Below, one piece after another: positions 25,438-37,526 of a DNA stretch of 64,000 bases. A program made the position numbers and the translations under genes. The stretch lies in the NCBI GenBank assembly GCA_037379345.1, contig CM074517.1, positions 36,332,001-36,396,000 of the forward strand, in the 5' to 3' direction. The stretch's first letter is position 1. The number at the start of each line of letters is the position of its first letter. This DNA comes from Perna viridis (taxonomy: Eukaryota). Under the pieces are notes generated by a model that ran no database searches, had not been told where the DNA came from, and saw nothing but the letters and a program-made list of their open reading frames with translations.

Positions 25438-28400
25438 TCAGTTGTCTGATGTCATAGTCTTGTCACTGCTTCTGGTATTTTTAGCTGGTTCCCCTTGGGT
25501 TTGATACCAACTTCTCATATTCCCATAGTAGGGCTTTAATCGGTTTACATGTATGATTTTTGGAGACTGGTATGGACCTTCCTGAATTTTAGAAAGCACA
25601 CCAGTTATCACTTTAATAACTGTAAATGGTCCAATCCAGCGAAACTGAAACTTTTGGGAACGGCCCTTAAACTTTCTAGGTTCATCCAATAATACCCCTT
25701 CACCTATTTTAAACATTGGGTGTGTACATGACGGATCATAATGTCTCCTTTGGCGGTCACTGGCAGTAATCAGTCTGTTACGAACCACAGTATGGACCTT
25801 TCCGAGTTTAGTTTTCAGGGTCTCAACATAATCAGGGACACTGGTTCTCCCAGAGCTATTTTTATTACTTGTAGTACTTGGTTCATAAATCAAATCTGTG
25901 GGCAACATTGCCTCTTTACCCATCATCATAAAGTGGAGGGTTTTACCTAAGGTTTCATGAACATAGGACGTATATGCCAACACGAGAAACGAAAGAAGTT
26001 TATCCCAATCTTTCTGATTTTTAGAAACAAACTTGTTAATCATGTCCTCGATTTAATCTTTCCACCAACCCTGAACCTTGGGGATAAAATGGACTATTCC
26101 TATTATTGTCCACATTCAACTTTTTACACATTTCTGTAAACAGAGCTGATGTAAACTGTGTCCCCTGGTCTGAATGAACTTGCAGTGGTAAACCAAATCT
26201 ACAAATAAACTCTTCAAGAAATTTGTCTGCTACCGTGGCAGCTTAAATATTGGGAAGGGCGTATGCTTCAGCATACAGAGTAAAATAATCTGTCACAACC
26301 GGGATGTATTTATTTCTGTTTTGGGTAATTGATACTGGCCCCAAAATGTCTAAGAGATATCTTCTCTAAAGGTTCCCCCACAACATAGGTTTTCATTTGA
26401 CCTCTAGGTTGCCCGGTAGATTGGTTCTTCTGTTGACATTCTGAGCAACGCTTATACCATCTTTCAATAAAGTTTGTATACGCAGCCCAATAAAATCTAT
26501 GCCTCACTCTGGCCACTGGTACTGTTAAACCCTAAATGTCCTGCTGATAAATCTGCAATCTGCAATCTGGTCAGGATTTGATTGCAATATTCAGCAGGTA
26601 CAATATATTGTTGTGTTATTTCACTGGTATTTGTATCTTCCCACTTCCGATACAGAATACCTTCACTAACTACATGTATAAGACGAATCCATGGACTCCA
26701 AGAAGTCTTATGTGCCTGGCTTAACCTAGACATTTCTGGCCATTTAGGGTTTCAGGGTTTTGCTTCCAGGTTAGAACAGTTTTAATAACAGAATCATTTA
26801 ATTGGGCCTGTCTCAGTTCGTCCTTAGTTTTGAATTCTAGCCAATTTGAGGAAATTGGGGTTGGTTCAACACCTGTGTTAATTAACACATCCATCACCTT
26901 AAGTGACACTCCATTGACTGTGTGTTCAATTTCCGTTTGATCACGTTTGCTTGCAATCAGTGAAGCGTCTACGGGACAGACATTACTATTACCATAGCAT
27001 TACCATGCCTTACCACAGCCCTATGTTTAATGGTAAAGGTGTAGGTTCAAAGAATTTCTAACCAGCGTGCTGGCTGTCTCTCTGGGTTTTTAAAATTTGT
27101 CAACCAATAAAGGGCCCCGTGGTCAGTCCTAATTGTAAACTTTACTCCGTACAAATAATGGTGGTAGTGTTTCACTGCAGCTACAATAGCCAACAACTCT
27201 CTCCTCGTCACACAGTACTGGCGCTTTGTTTTTGACAGTGTACGACTGTAATATGCTATTACACACTCTCTTCCCTCATCCGAAACTTGGGATAGCACAG
27301 CCCCGATACCAGTGCCACTAGCATCAGTGTCAAGAATAAATTCTTTAGGCAGACAGGGATGGGTCAAAATTGGGCTAGTTACTAGCTTGGTTTTTAGGGT
27401 TTCAAAAGCTTTGTTATACGACTCATCCTATTTATAGAGTACATTTTTCTGTGTCAAGCGGTGCAATGGTTGTGCAATCTTGGCAAAATCCTTGATAAAT
27501 TTTCTGTAATAAGAACAGGTGGACACAAATGCTCGCACATCCTTCACAGTTTTTGGAATATGCCAAAATTTAATAGTTTCAGCCTTGCCCTGGTCAGAAG
27601 AAATACTCTCCCCATTTACAACATGCCCTAGAAATGACACTTGTTTCTGTAAAATGAAACCCTCTTTAGGAGATATCTTGAGGCCAGCTTGGTTTATCCT
27701 GTTAAGAACTTCTCTGAGTCTGACTATGTGTTCATCCAAGGTTTGTGAAAAAACAATTATATCATCAAGATATACTACGCATGTTTCCCACTGTAACCCT
27801 GACAAGACATATTCCGTAAGTCTGGAAAAAGTTGCCCCTGCGTTGCACAGTCCAAAAGGCACGCGAGCAAACTCAAATAAACCTTTACTAGTGACAAATG
27901 CTGTTTTTATTGCATCATCATGGTCCATCTCTACTTGATTGTACTCACTAGCAAGGTCTAGTTTACTGTACAATGTGTTTCCCCGTAAAGCGTCTAGACA
28001 GTCATCTATTCTTGGGAGGGGAAAGCTATCTTTCACTGTCAAGTCATATAAGTTTCTGAAGTCAAATGAATGGAATGATCTCGCTTGCGTACCACTACAA
28101 TAGGAGAGCTCCAGGGAGAGGTATATACACGCACAATGCCGTTGTCCAGCATTCCCTCTATTTCATCGTCTACTTCTTGCCTTTGAGCAAAGGGTATCCG
28201 TCGGGGGTTTTGTTTAACCGATGGGGTATTATTGGTGTTTATTTGGTGTTTAATCACCCCAGTCTGTCCAAGGTAACTTTTGGTCTTGGCAAATGTATTT
28301 GTATATAGTCCAGCAGGTTTTCTACCTTGCGATATTGATCAGTATTCAGGTTTTCTTTGCACTTACTACCTCCATTTGGTCAGGCAACCTGTGATCAGAC

Positions 28401-29090
28401 AAATCTCTATTGTCAGAGACAGTTGACTGGTCAACTATATCAGAGTCGCGTATGGTCTCCCCTGTACCAGCACAAGTATTTTTATACAACATTTTTGGCA
28501 AGTTTGACAGATTCAGAACTCTTAGAGGTATCTTTTCACCTATGTAAGTACATACTGATCTTGCCATTATGACCCCTTGATTTTTCACGGAATCACTGGT
28601 GTTATCTATTACCATGGTATTACCACATTGTATGGTTTCTGGAGGTTTGGAGGTCTCACTATTTGGGGGAAGGTTAATATCAATTCTTATTAAGAACAAA
28701 GCTTTTGTTTGTAATGTCAATCAAGCAGTGATTGTCGAACATAAAATCATACCCCAAAACTATAGGAATATCAAGTTCAGCTACCACAAAATTTTGGTAA
28801 ATATATTGATTGCCTATTGATAAAGGCACTTTTATGCAGCCAATAGGACTAACATTTCTACCATCAGCTACTTTCAAGTCATTTCCATAAGTTTTTAATC
28901 TAGCTTTATAATGGTTAGGTATCTTTTAAAAAAATTCGGGGGTTCAAAACACTGGTAGATGCACCTGTATCTAATAAACAATGTAAACTTGTATCAAAAA
29001 GTTGTGCTTTCACGAAAAGTCCATCATTATTATGGTTAGCTTTTATAATATTGGATTTGCTGGGAGATGACCCTCTCTACCAGCAGTCAT
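25438..29090 (-). pseudogene. pol: Gypsy pol (protease, RT, RNase H, integrase), frameshifted
   Basis: LLDTGAST (~28955-28980), DSFPLPRIDD, KTAF…PFGLCNA, VYLDDIIVFS, FILDTDASGTGIGAVLSQ, RTDHGAL, AGHLG…CSECQ, HSDQGTQF, WIGPF. Confidence 0.92.
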
Positions 29091-30641
29091 TAGTTTCCCT
29101 GACCTCCAATATGGTTATTTTTGGACTGTTCTTAAAAATGGAACTTTTGGTTATCAGGCCTATTGTACAAAGTTCTGGTTCTCAGCCATGCGTTTCTTAC
29201 AATGGGACTTGTAATGCCCTAGTTCACCACAAAATAAACATCCCCTATTCTCTTGGTGATCTGCTTCTGCATGTTTCATGCTTGGGTTGTTCGGCTCATT
29301 TTCACTTGAAAGTTTTTTTAAGAATGGCCTTCTGTGACTAGAATGGAATGCCTCATATTTCAGTGCCAGATTAAGTGCCTCATCAATTGTATCAATATTG
29401 GACTGGGTAATAGCCCAAGCTAGGTCTAAGTCATTAAGGGCCTCCCTAAAACAACGGTAAGCTATGCTATCTTGGGTCTCTTGTGGAGCCTGAGAATATG
29501 CCAACCGCACCAATCTCTTAATATCCTAGGCAAGCTCTGGTAAGGATTCACCCTTTTTACGGGTTCGGGCATCAATTTGGGATCTGAACATTTCTGTTTG
29601 ATTTGCTGGAGCAAATCCTCTAGAGTAGTGATTAGCTCATTATAAGTAGGAGGGCAGTTGGTGTCAATGTTCCTAAAACTGCTAGAGCACTGCTCTCCAT
29701 GCATGAAATAAGTTTTAAAGCTCTGACTTCATTAAACCAACCATTTAATTGAGCTACAATTTCAAAATGGACCTTATAGTCAGACCAACTTGACTTGCCA
29801 CTGAAATTGTTTGGTTTTGTATAACCTACATTTCCAAACTCGTGAAACTTTGTTTGAGACATGGATATATTTTTGGCTGGTGACTTATTTGGGACAGCCC
29901 TTATAGTAGTAGGTGTAATCAGGGTGCCTGAATTTGGTGCACCTGTAACTAAATTGTTACCACAAGTTTTTTCAATAGGCTCAAATGTACTTCTAGTTTG
30001 ATGTGAATTTTGTTCCAGGGCTATTGATGCACTTAACACTCGATTGTTTGATTCATTCTGGTCATTCTCAGGATAAGTTTGTGAATTTGATAACCTTAAG
30101 CTTTGGCTCATGGCAGATTTTTCAACACTTGCGGACAATGGGAATATCTTATCTACTATATTATCTGTTTGTTTTTCCATGGCTGTGGTTAAATTCATTA
30201 TTTCTTGTTTCAGAGAGTCAAATTTTTTGTCAATTCTTGTTTCAAACTCAGTGGGCTGGCTATTTAGTTTTACATCAAAATCACTTGCTAACTTCAGTAG
30301 TTTTTTGTTGAAACTAGAAGTGATTCTTTCAACTCTATCATTTATGTGTGCATTGGACACATCAAATTGGTTCTTAAAGTCTTCTATTTTCCGGTTTTGC
30401 TCAATAAGTCCTCTGTTGAAATCACTCAGAACAGTAGTAAGAACATCGACTTTTGTATTGAGCAAGTGTACTTCATTAGAGTGCACATTTGATGATGTTA
30501 ATATTTCTGGCGAAACGGTACCGTAACTCTGTCTACTCATGACTGGGGGTGGTTAGGACTTGATAATTCATACCCTCTTTCACTCAACTCAGATCCTTCA
30601 ACATGTGAAAGATCTGCATCATAATCACTATAATCAGTCAT
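29090..30641 (-). pseudogene. gag: Gypsy gag, frameshifted
   Basis: ATG at 30641; coiled-coil N-terminal part; FSGKSSWSDYKVHFEIVAQLNGW capsid motif; zinc knuckle CLFCGELGHYKSHC. Confidence 0.88.
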
Positions 30642-30699
30642 TCTTTATAACACAATTCAGAGTAAATAATTAGTAAAAATATAGAATGAGGGAAATCGT

Positions 30700-30718
30700 A
30701 TCCCACCGCCAGGCACCA
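30700..30718 (-). other. Primer-binding site (tRNA-Leu-like)
   Basis: TGGTGCCTGGCGGTGGGAT begins 3 nt after the 5' LTR. It resembles the complement of tRNA-Leu 3' ends (TGGTGGCAGCGGTGGGAT). Confidence 0.7.
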
Positions 30719-30721
30719 AAA

Positions 30722-32434
30722 TGTTGCATTTGGATGGGGGTCACCCAAAACACTGGTTTTATTTATTTTTCTGGTAGCAAAGTTAACCTTGGTAGCAGGT
30801 GAAGTGTGGCCGAACATGATATGGCCCTGGTTTGTTTAATATATATAAGGCACTATTTTGTTTAGTCTAAGTAAGAGAGACTTAAATAAATAACAACTTA
30901 TTGATACACGAATATCAATAGTAAAGCAATTTTCATACACGCTTGAATAATCCAAGGACCCTCCCTAAATGTATGTATGACGGGAATGGGAGGTAAATAT
31001 TTAGGTCTTGTATTCAGGTCAGGTCGGGTGACTACGTCATAAATCAATTATGTATGTAAATTAGTAGGCGTACATCTAAACTAGGTATCCACTCGGGTGC
31101 AATACAGGTACAGGTGGAAGTCATAGGTCATGTATAAATGATTTATATAGAAAATGCCCGGTATGGTTCCTTGGTCTCCGAATCTGAATTGTCGTCTCCG
31201 TACTCGTAATTTATTATCTTTAAACAATCCTAATTTCGGGGATTTGATACATTGCATCTACCCAAAAGAACTTGAGATAAAGGATACTACAGACACTGTG
31301 AAGTCAGCCTCATATCTTGATCTACACTTAGAAATCAATGGTAAAGGAAAACTATTGACCAAACTTTACGACAGACGTGATGACTTTTCATTCAGAATTG
31401 TCAACTTTCCTTTCATCCGTGGCAGCATTCCTTCGGCTCCTGCGTATGGAGTGTTCATATCACAACTCATACGTTATGCCAGAGCTTGCCGAAACTACGC
31501 AGACTTTTTGTATCGCGCTAGATCTCTAACAAATAGGTTTCTGGAAAAGGGTTATGTTGCTACAAGATTGAAGTCATCACTACAGAAGTTTTATGGTCGT
31601 CATCATGAACTCGTGGATCGTTGTGGTGTATCCATCAAAACCATGAAAACTGATTTATTCAACGGGTCATAGTTTTCCTTTCCTCGTTTGTCTACCCCGG
31701 ACTTGACTTTTTATGAGCAACTCGGCGGGTGTTTCTAGAAAAGCAGAGGACGCTAACTCTACCGGTGCACCTGGTCCATGCTCGCAGTTTTTAGTGGAGT
31801 CCGAGTTGCTCATTTACTTTTGTTACTTTGTAAATATGATTTTAGTTACTTTATGTTCTTTGTTGTGTTTGTCTGTTTTCCATGTTTGGTCTTTGTCCCT
31901 GGATTACATTCTTTTGATTACCGCTTTAACCTTGGTTCCCTTGATTACTCTTATATCAGACTCCGCATCTCCACTCTGGTGTTGTGGCGCGCCATTGAAT
32001 GGACAAATAAACAATCCCCCGATTTCAGGGCCTCACACTGTGGAGTTCACTTCCGAAAATTAGATAATGGCGCCGAATGTAGATAAACTAAATATCTACT
32101 ATTATGAACGGGGTAAAGGGCCTTAACACATACTAGTTAGTAAAAGGGTAACAATATATCCTTTAACGCTATTATGAGGATAAATCTGATGGGGTTAAGA
32201 AATGTGGGTCAGCCGAACTAAAACAGGGACTGGGAAACAGTGAGGACAAACCATGCCCTAAACGACTTTCCCCACAATAGCATACAATACAATAAATACA
32301 ACAAACAACAATAGATAAATGTCTATATCAACACGTGGATGATAATGATATCAGCATACACGAACAATAAAAGCTTGCCAGCTTGCAGGTACTGAATAAC
32401 ATAGCTTTCTGTAGCCTAATCCTACAACGTTACA
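30722..32434 (-). repeat. 5' LTR (about 970 bp native plus a PLE insertion)
   Basis: Aligns with 21540-24044 and adjoins the PBS. Confidence 0.9.
31215..31950 (+). mobile_element. Naiad-type Penelope-like element, best-preserved copy, nested in the 5' LTR
   Basis: Intact RT C-terminus LSLNNPNFGDLI…[18 protein letters not shown]…PAYGVFISQLIRYARAC…DLFNGS*, with no C-terminal GIY-YIG. Apparent TTAT duplication (31211-31214 / 31951-31954). The empty site is visible in the other LTR (~22051-22060). Confidence 0.9.
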
Positions 32435-33039
32435 GTATGTTAAGCACTTTGAAGAATTACTAAATGTTAAAAATATTTCTGAAGTGACTAGCTAATTGGA
32501 CGGTGCAATTACTTTTAGCGATGATGAAAATGTATGAAAGCAAATTGAAAGACAAATATACTATGATCAATTTAAATAAAGTCTCTATGATTGTGTACTA
32601 CCTTTTCAGATAAATTCTTATTCCTGTAGAGTTCTCTGTAGAGAGCATTATTACCATTGATTGTCCAAAGGGGCAGTGATGTTGTCTGAAAGGGTGAGAA
32701 TCACGATCGTATGCTTCTGATACGTGTTTTTTCATTGAATCACATTTCAGCATACCGGTTTTTGCAATATGAAAAGTATTCTGTATTAGTCAAGGACAAT
32801 ATTTATAAGCAACAGTTGTGTTTGCTTCATTAAAGAATCTGAAGCGGTAATGCCATGATAATATCATGTGGTTGTGCCATCTAGACAATTTTCCGCACAT
32901 AAATAAATGGCAAAATGAATAGTAAATTCTTGTCTGATGTAAAATAATCCTTAATAAGTATCTCCTCCCTACACGAAAGTTCTACAAACAAACTTGGATA
33001 GAATGTCTATCGTTTCCCCCCAAAAAAACAAAATTAGGT

Positions 33040-34330
33040 TATCTTTGAGAGAGAACTGTATCTCCCTTCGAACGGGCACTATTTGCGTTCTAGTAGTAGG
33101 ATGGAATCAACAAATTAGAACAGAAACAAGTTCGCTTTTTGATATACAAATGTCACTTATGGAAATGTCGTATTATTTTTACAGGAATAATGTGGTGTAT
33201 CTTAAAGGAAAAAGAAGGTAACATACTTTTTATAGAATCCTGCGGGTATAAAAAGCTGGCATATCGAGGCGGTGTGGTAACCTTCTTATGGAAACAAAAT
33301 GCTTCCTTCATGATAAAAGAAATAGACTGACCGTTCCAATAATACATATACTTTTCGTATGAAAATAAAATATAGACATCCCGCTCCAAAAACAGTTAGG
33401 AACACTCCTAAAGAAATAACATTCTAACCTTTGAAGGTATGAACATAATTTCATTATAAGTACTCGAGACAATGTTTATTCCATGCCCTTTCGATATAGG
33501 GAAACGACTTTCTTGTGAAAACGACACTTTCTATGCAATTAGAAACATTGTTGTTTATGCAATGAACTGTCCACTGGAGGCTGTGAAATAACTTTCTGTT
33601 GGCGCCTACTGCTGATATGTGGAGACAATAGGATAAGTTTGTGGGAACAAAATGCTACCCTCTAGATAAAGGGAAATCAATTTCTTGTGTAAGCTCTTTT
33701 AAATTGTTCTAAAAAAAACCCCAAAAAACCAAACAACCAAACACATAAACAAACCCAAAAACAAAAACAAAAAACAAAACAAAAATTAGATTTAAAAATA
33801 CCAATCACATCAAAATTGTAAATTCTGGTATGCCGTACACGTGTTGCAAGGAGTAACTTCTTATTATCTGCATTTGAACCAAATACGTATGAAGTTCTAA
33901 ATTAAAAAAGTGAATAAAAGAAGTTCTCAAAAGAAACAAAAAAAAAATAAATAAATGAACAGTCAAATCCATATTCTGGCATTCGATGTTTGAACCTTAC
34001 TTCGTAAATGGAACAAGTTGTGGCTATCTCGTGGCAACAAAATGACTTCCCTTGGGGAATAAATACTGACCTCTCGAAATATGGAAATACTTTAAATTGA
34101 GGGCAGACGTCTTGCATGACGATGCAATTTTGTAACTTTCGTGTAAAAACAAAATGCTGCCCTCCCAATAAAGGGAATTCACTATATCGTATGAATTAAG
34201 TATGACCTCTCAAAGCAACAACGCAGCATTCTTGTCGAAACAACTACTGAGCTTTAAAGGTAGTGAAATAACTTTCTGTTGGGGATGTAATGAGATTACT
34301 TTGTCGTAGGAACGAAATTATCACCTGGGG
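33040..34330. repeat. Degenerate internally repetitive region, probably an old transposon or satellite
   Basis: GTGAAATAACTTTCTGTTGG at ~33583 and 34264; AAAATGCT.CCCTC..ATAAAGGGAA at ~33650 and ~34152; recurrent TCGT.GGAAC.AAAT-like motifs. Confidence 0.4.
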
Positions 34331-35874
34331 ATCCAATGATTCAGAGGAACAAAAATAAAGTAAAAGGAGAAGACTATGCTATTGTGCAAGTCATAAATAT
34401 TGAAAATAATCTGTTAAAATGTTCATGAAAATTAAATTGAAACAAAATAATTCCCTTTTCTTAACTAATTAATCGCGATTTATAATTAGGGAAATTGAAT
34501 TTCCCGTGCCTATGGGCGCCACCATGATCGGTTGGGCTGTGACGTCACGAAGTCGGTTTGTAAAGTGAAGGTAAATAGGTAATTGATTACGATATCCAAA
34601 GAAATCGCAAATTTGGGACTTTTCCCCTACAATTCCGACCCACAATAAACTGAAGAAGAGATTGAGGCACAACTAGTAAGTAAATGTCAGACAACATTGA
34701 TGAACAACGGGATTTGCAGCCAGAAGACTAGTATGTCTGAAGAAAATCTAATGACTACTTCCGAAGAAGGTTCGTGTTGCCAGTCAAAAAACTTATAGAA
34801 TATATCTCTCTATTATCATTCTTACAATCGCAAGCTTGACAAGGCAACAAGTTTTGGTGATCAGATGAACAGGGTCGTTATAATATTTACGGAATATTCT
34901 TTGTTTCCATATCATTTGCTGTACTTGTATCAGTACCAAACCGACTTAGTGACGTTACGAGCCAATCGGAAGCTATCGGTAAAAATAAAGTCTGCTTATG
35001 ATCTTCCTTCAGGTAGAAGAGTTCTGCAAGATGGCTATCCACATATATTTCAAAAATTTCGTACTATGCATAGCCTTGCACATTTAAAAAAGCGCATTTT
35101 GCAATAAAGTTATCTATTTTTGTTTGCGTGGGTATTATTTATCATAGGGGCCTAACTTAATAAACAGATGGTTTGAAACTTAAAATATTACTTATTTGCA
35201 ATGCAATAACTTACAAGCTCAATGTATTTAAGACCCCCCCGTCCCCCCCAAAAAAATATAAAAACAACCGAGATTCTTCATTACATATATATATGCAATA
35301 TACGGATACAATCTCTGGTAAGTACAAAGATTTGTATTTGTAATAATCAACAAATGCATTTCAAGAAAACTATATAATGTACACGCCGTAAATTTCGAAT
35401 TTCAGATTTTCAAAATGGCTCTCTTATTGTTTATAACCGAAAGTGTACACCGTTTTGACTTATCTACTGCAGGATTTATTGTTTTCAACAAGATGACTGT
35501 TAAAATGTATATCAAGATAGGATATCAATTTTACAGTTTTGTTATCTCAGGTCACAAGCATACTCTTCATGCGGTTTTACACGGGGCAATGAATGTACAA
35601 TACTCATTAATTATACAATATTCAACGTCTGTATCTTCATATGTTACTGACAAAGTTAAACTACCATGCAGAATAAGAAACAATCACTAACTTTTAAATA
35701 CATTAAATGGAAGAAAAGCCGACAAGTTTACCCTTTACATAAAAAAATCCAACATTTTTTAGTGCTTTCTTCTAAGTTATCAGTCATGAAATACTATACA
35801 TGCACAACTTCGTATCTGAACTGAAAATGAACGATTGTGTATTGTTTGTGTCCCAATATTTTACATTAGATTTT

Positions 35875-37526
35875 TCAGACAATTGTTGTTTGTGATCGTC
35901 TCATTACTACTGTACTTCGCACTAAAGGTGTCGACTGGGACGAACTTGCTATTTGTTCATGATAAACTGGCTCATTCATCTGTGAATCCGCTTGATGGTA
36001 GATGGTCTTTTCATTTGTGCGACTATCCCCTCTCAGTAGTTCCGTATTCAAATTGTTGATACTATCATATTGTCGTCCATATGGCGACCCATCGGGGCAT
36101 TCATACACAGCCGAAGCTATTCGCGGACTGTTATGATCCTGATGTCTTTTGCCTTCCCTCTTCTCTGAGATATGACCAGGACAAATGTACACATCCTTCC
36201 TGTCGAGTTAAATAGTTGAATAGTTAGAAACAGTGCCACTCAAAGTAAGTTAACGAGTCAAATAAACAAATTTACATTTTGTCTGCGCATGATATAGATG
36301 AAAAATACAAATGTTTAATTTTGCTAAGTACTACATAATTAGCCATAGTATGTTTAGAGGTTCATTTTTCTATATTTAAAAATATACTATATAGTATTTT
36401 TTTCATGTCTGCTACGAATGTTTCTTACCACAAACTAATCGACGTCAAGTAAGACAATAGTGGAAATACCTTTCCTTATTTCCCGTACAACACTGCTGTT
36501 TCCTAAAATTTGTCTTGTTCTTGTATGCCTTGTCTGGTTTCCATCGTATAATACCAAAATCATTCTTGTATTATTACTCGTTTTCTAGAAAAGCAGAGGA
36601 CATTGACCCAACCGGTGCACCTGATCTTTGCTCCTTTTTTTGGTATAGTCCGAGTTCATTTGCTTTTGTTTCTTTGAACGTGTTATTTCCATGTCTTAGT
36701 TGTGTGTGTGTCTGATCTTTATTCCTGGATTATATTCTTCAGATTTCTACTTGAATCTTAGTTTCCTTATTTACTTTTACAATCAGGTATTTTCTTCCTT
36801 ATATCAGTTTTTGTTTTCGATCTGAAAATACAGAAACTAAAATATTGTTGTTGTGCGTTTATGTTGTGGCCAAAAAATAATTCTAAGATTGATGACAAAC
36901 CTTCTTGTGATATTGATCAGTAGCGTCATGGTTTTTACAGAAACGACGAGACTTGCAACAGCTACCACAAGACCTCCTTCAAAACAAAATATTTCTTTAT
37001 TCATGCAAACATTTGTATAGTTTTGTTCACTCCCAACTCATACAGTCATCATAATAGTTTAATATCATTTCTTGTTATATTTACTTTAAATACGCTATTG
37101 TTTTTTACAAAGATATTTTGGTATACCACAGCCTATCAGTCGTTCCGTCGGTTCTCATGGGGAATGAAAACAACGGAATTGCAATATTTAAAGTAAAATA
37201 TTTTTATTTACTGAAAATAAAAAAGCCCCTTTTTATCTTTTTTCTTTGTATGTTTTCCAGAATTATTGTGTGAAGGGGCGGGCGTGTCATGTGTTGTAAC
37301 GCAACACATTGTTATTTATTCTATTGGTGTATAAATGAAAACTAAGTATTTGTGTACGAAATATAGCGTTGCACTTCAATGCATACTAACTGGATATTAT
37401 TACCACTTGCAAAGGATGAATTACTTTCAGGTGTACTAATGCTTATGAATTGTGAGCGAGTATTCAATAGTTTACTGCACATTAATATTCAACGTTCGTC
37501 GCAGTGTTGATTGCGTTTTTTTCTTG
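35875..37526 (-). pseudogene. Receptor paralogue D: stalk, TM and Tyr-rich tail exons; ectodomain decayed
   Basis: The 76-nt phase1/phase2 TM exon 36901-36976 (GGLVVAVASLVVSVKTMTLLINITRR) has the same size and phases as in paralogues B and C. Tail exon 35875-36199 is open. Candidate stalk exon 37404-37526 has an in-frame TGA (37489-37491). Only stop-ridden Cys-containing remnants lie upstream (~38.4 kb, ~40.5-40.8 kb). Confidence 0.55.
36580..36775 (+). mobile_element. Naiad-type PLE 3' fragment (degenerate)
   Basis: TTTTCTAGAAAAGCAGAGGAC…ACCGGTGCACCTG. Confidence 0.75.

Larger units (their letters stand above)
21540..32434 (-). mobile_element. Full-length but decayed Ty3/Gypsy LTR retrotransposon
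   Basis: Paired LTRs with TG…CA ends; GTAT target-site duplication (21536-21539 and 32435-32438); PBS; PPT; gag-PR-RT-RNaseH-IN order. ORFs are broken by stops and frameshifts. Confidence 0.95.

Noticed and set aside
27519-30526. Plus-strand ORFs overlapping gag/pol (27519, 30110 and others), and similar ones opposite SLC23 exons
   Set aside because: Antisense shadows of real coding sequence with no recognisable motifs.
31154-31672. 172-aa ORF as a functional reverse transcriptase
   Set aside because: Chance in-frame fusion of an LTR-derived ATG to a 5'-truncated RT that lacks the catalytic aspartates.
31713-31813. SECIS element or hammerhead ribozyme in the PLE 3' UTR
   Set aside because: The ATGA is Watson-Crick paired with TCAT rather than forming a GA quartet, the intact RT segment has no in-frame TGA, and no CUGANGA…GAAA core in the right order was found on either strand.
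31713-32063. Recurrent ORFs [21 protein letters not shown]… and MLPVFSGVRVAHLLLL… (also at 14203, 39907, 42220, 51593, 9294, 49995)
   Set aside because: These are translations of the PLE 3' UTR. Hydrophobicity comes from TG-rich sequence, frames break differently in each copy, and stops usually lie in flanking DNA.
37489-37491. In-frame TGA as selenocysteine
   Set aside because: No SECIS seen and neighbouring exons are decayed; a nonsense mutation is simpler.
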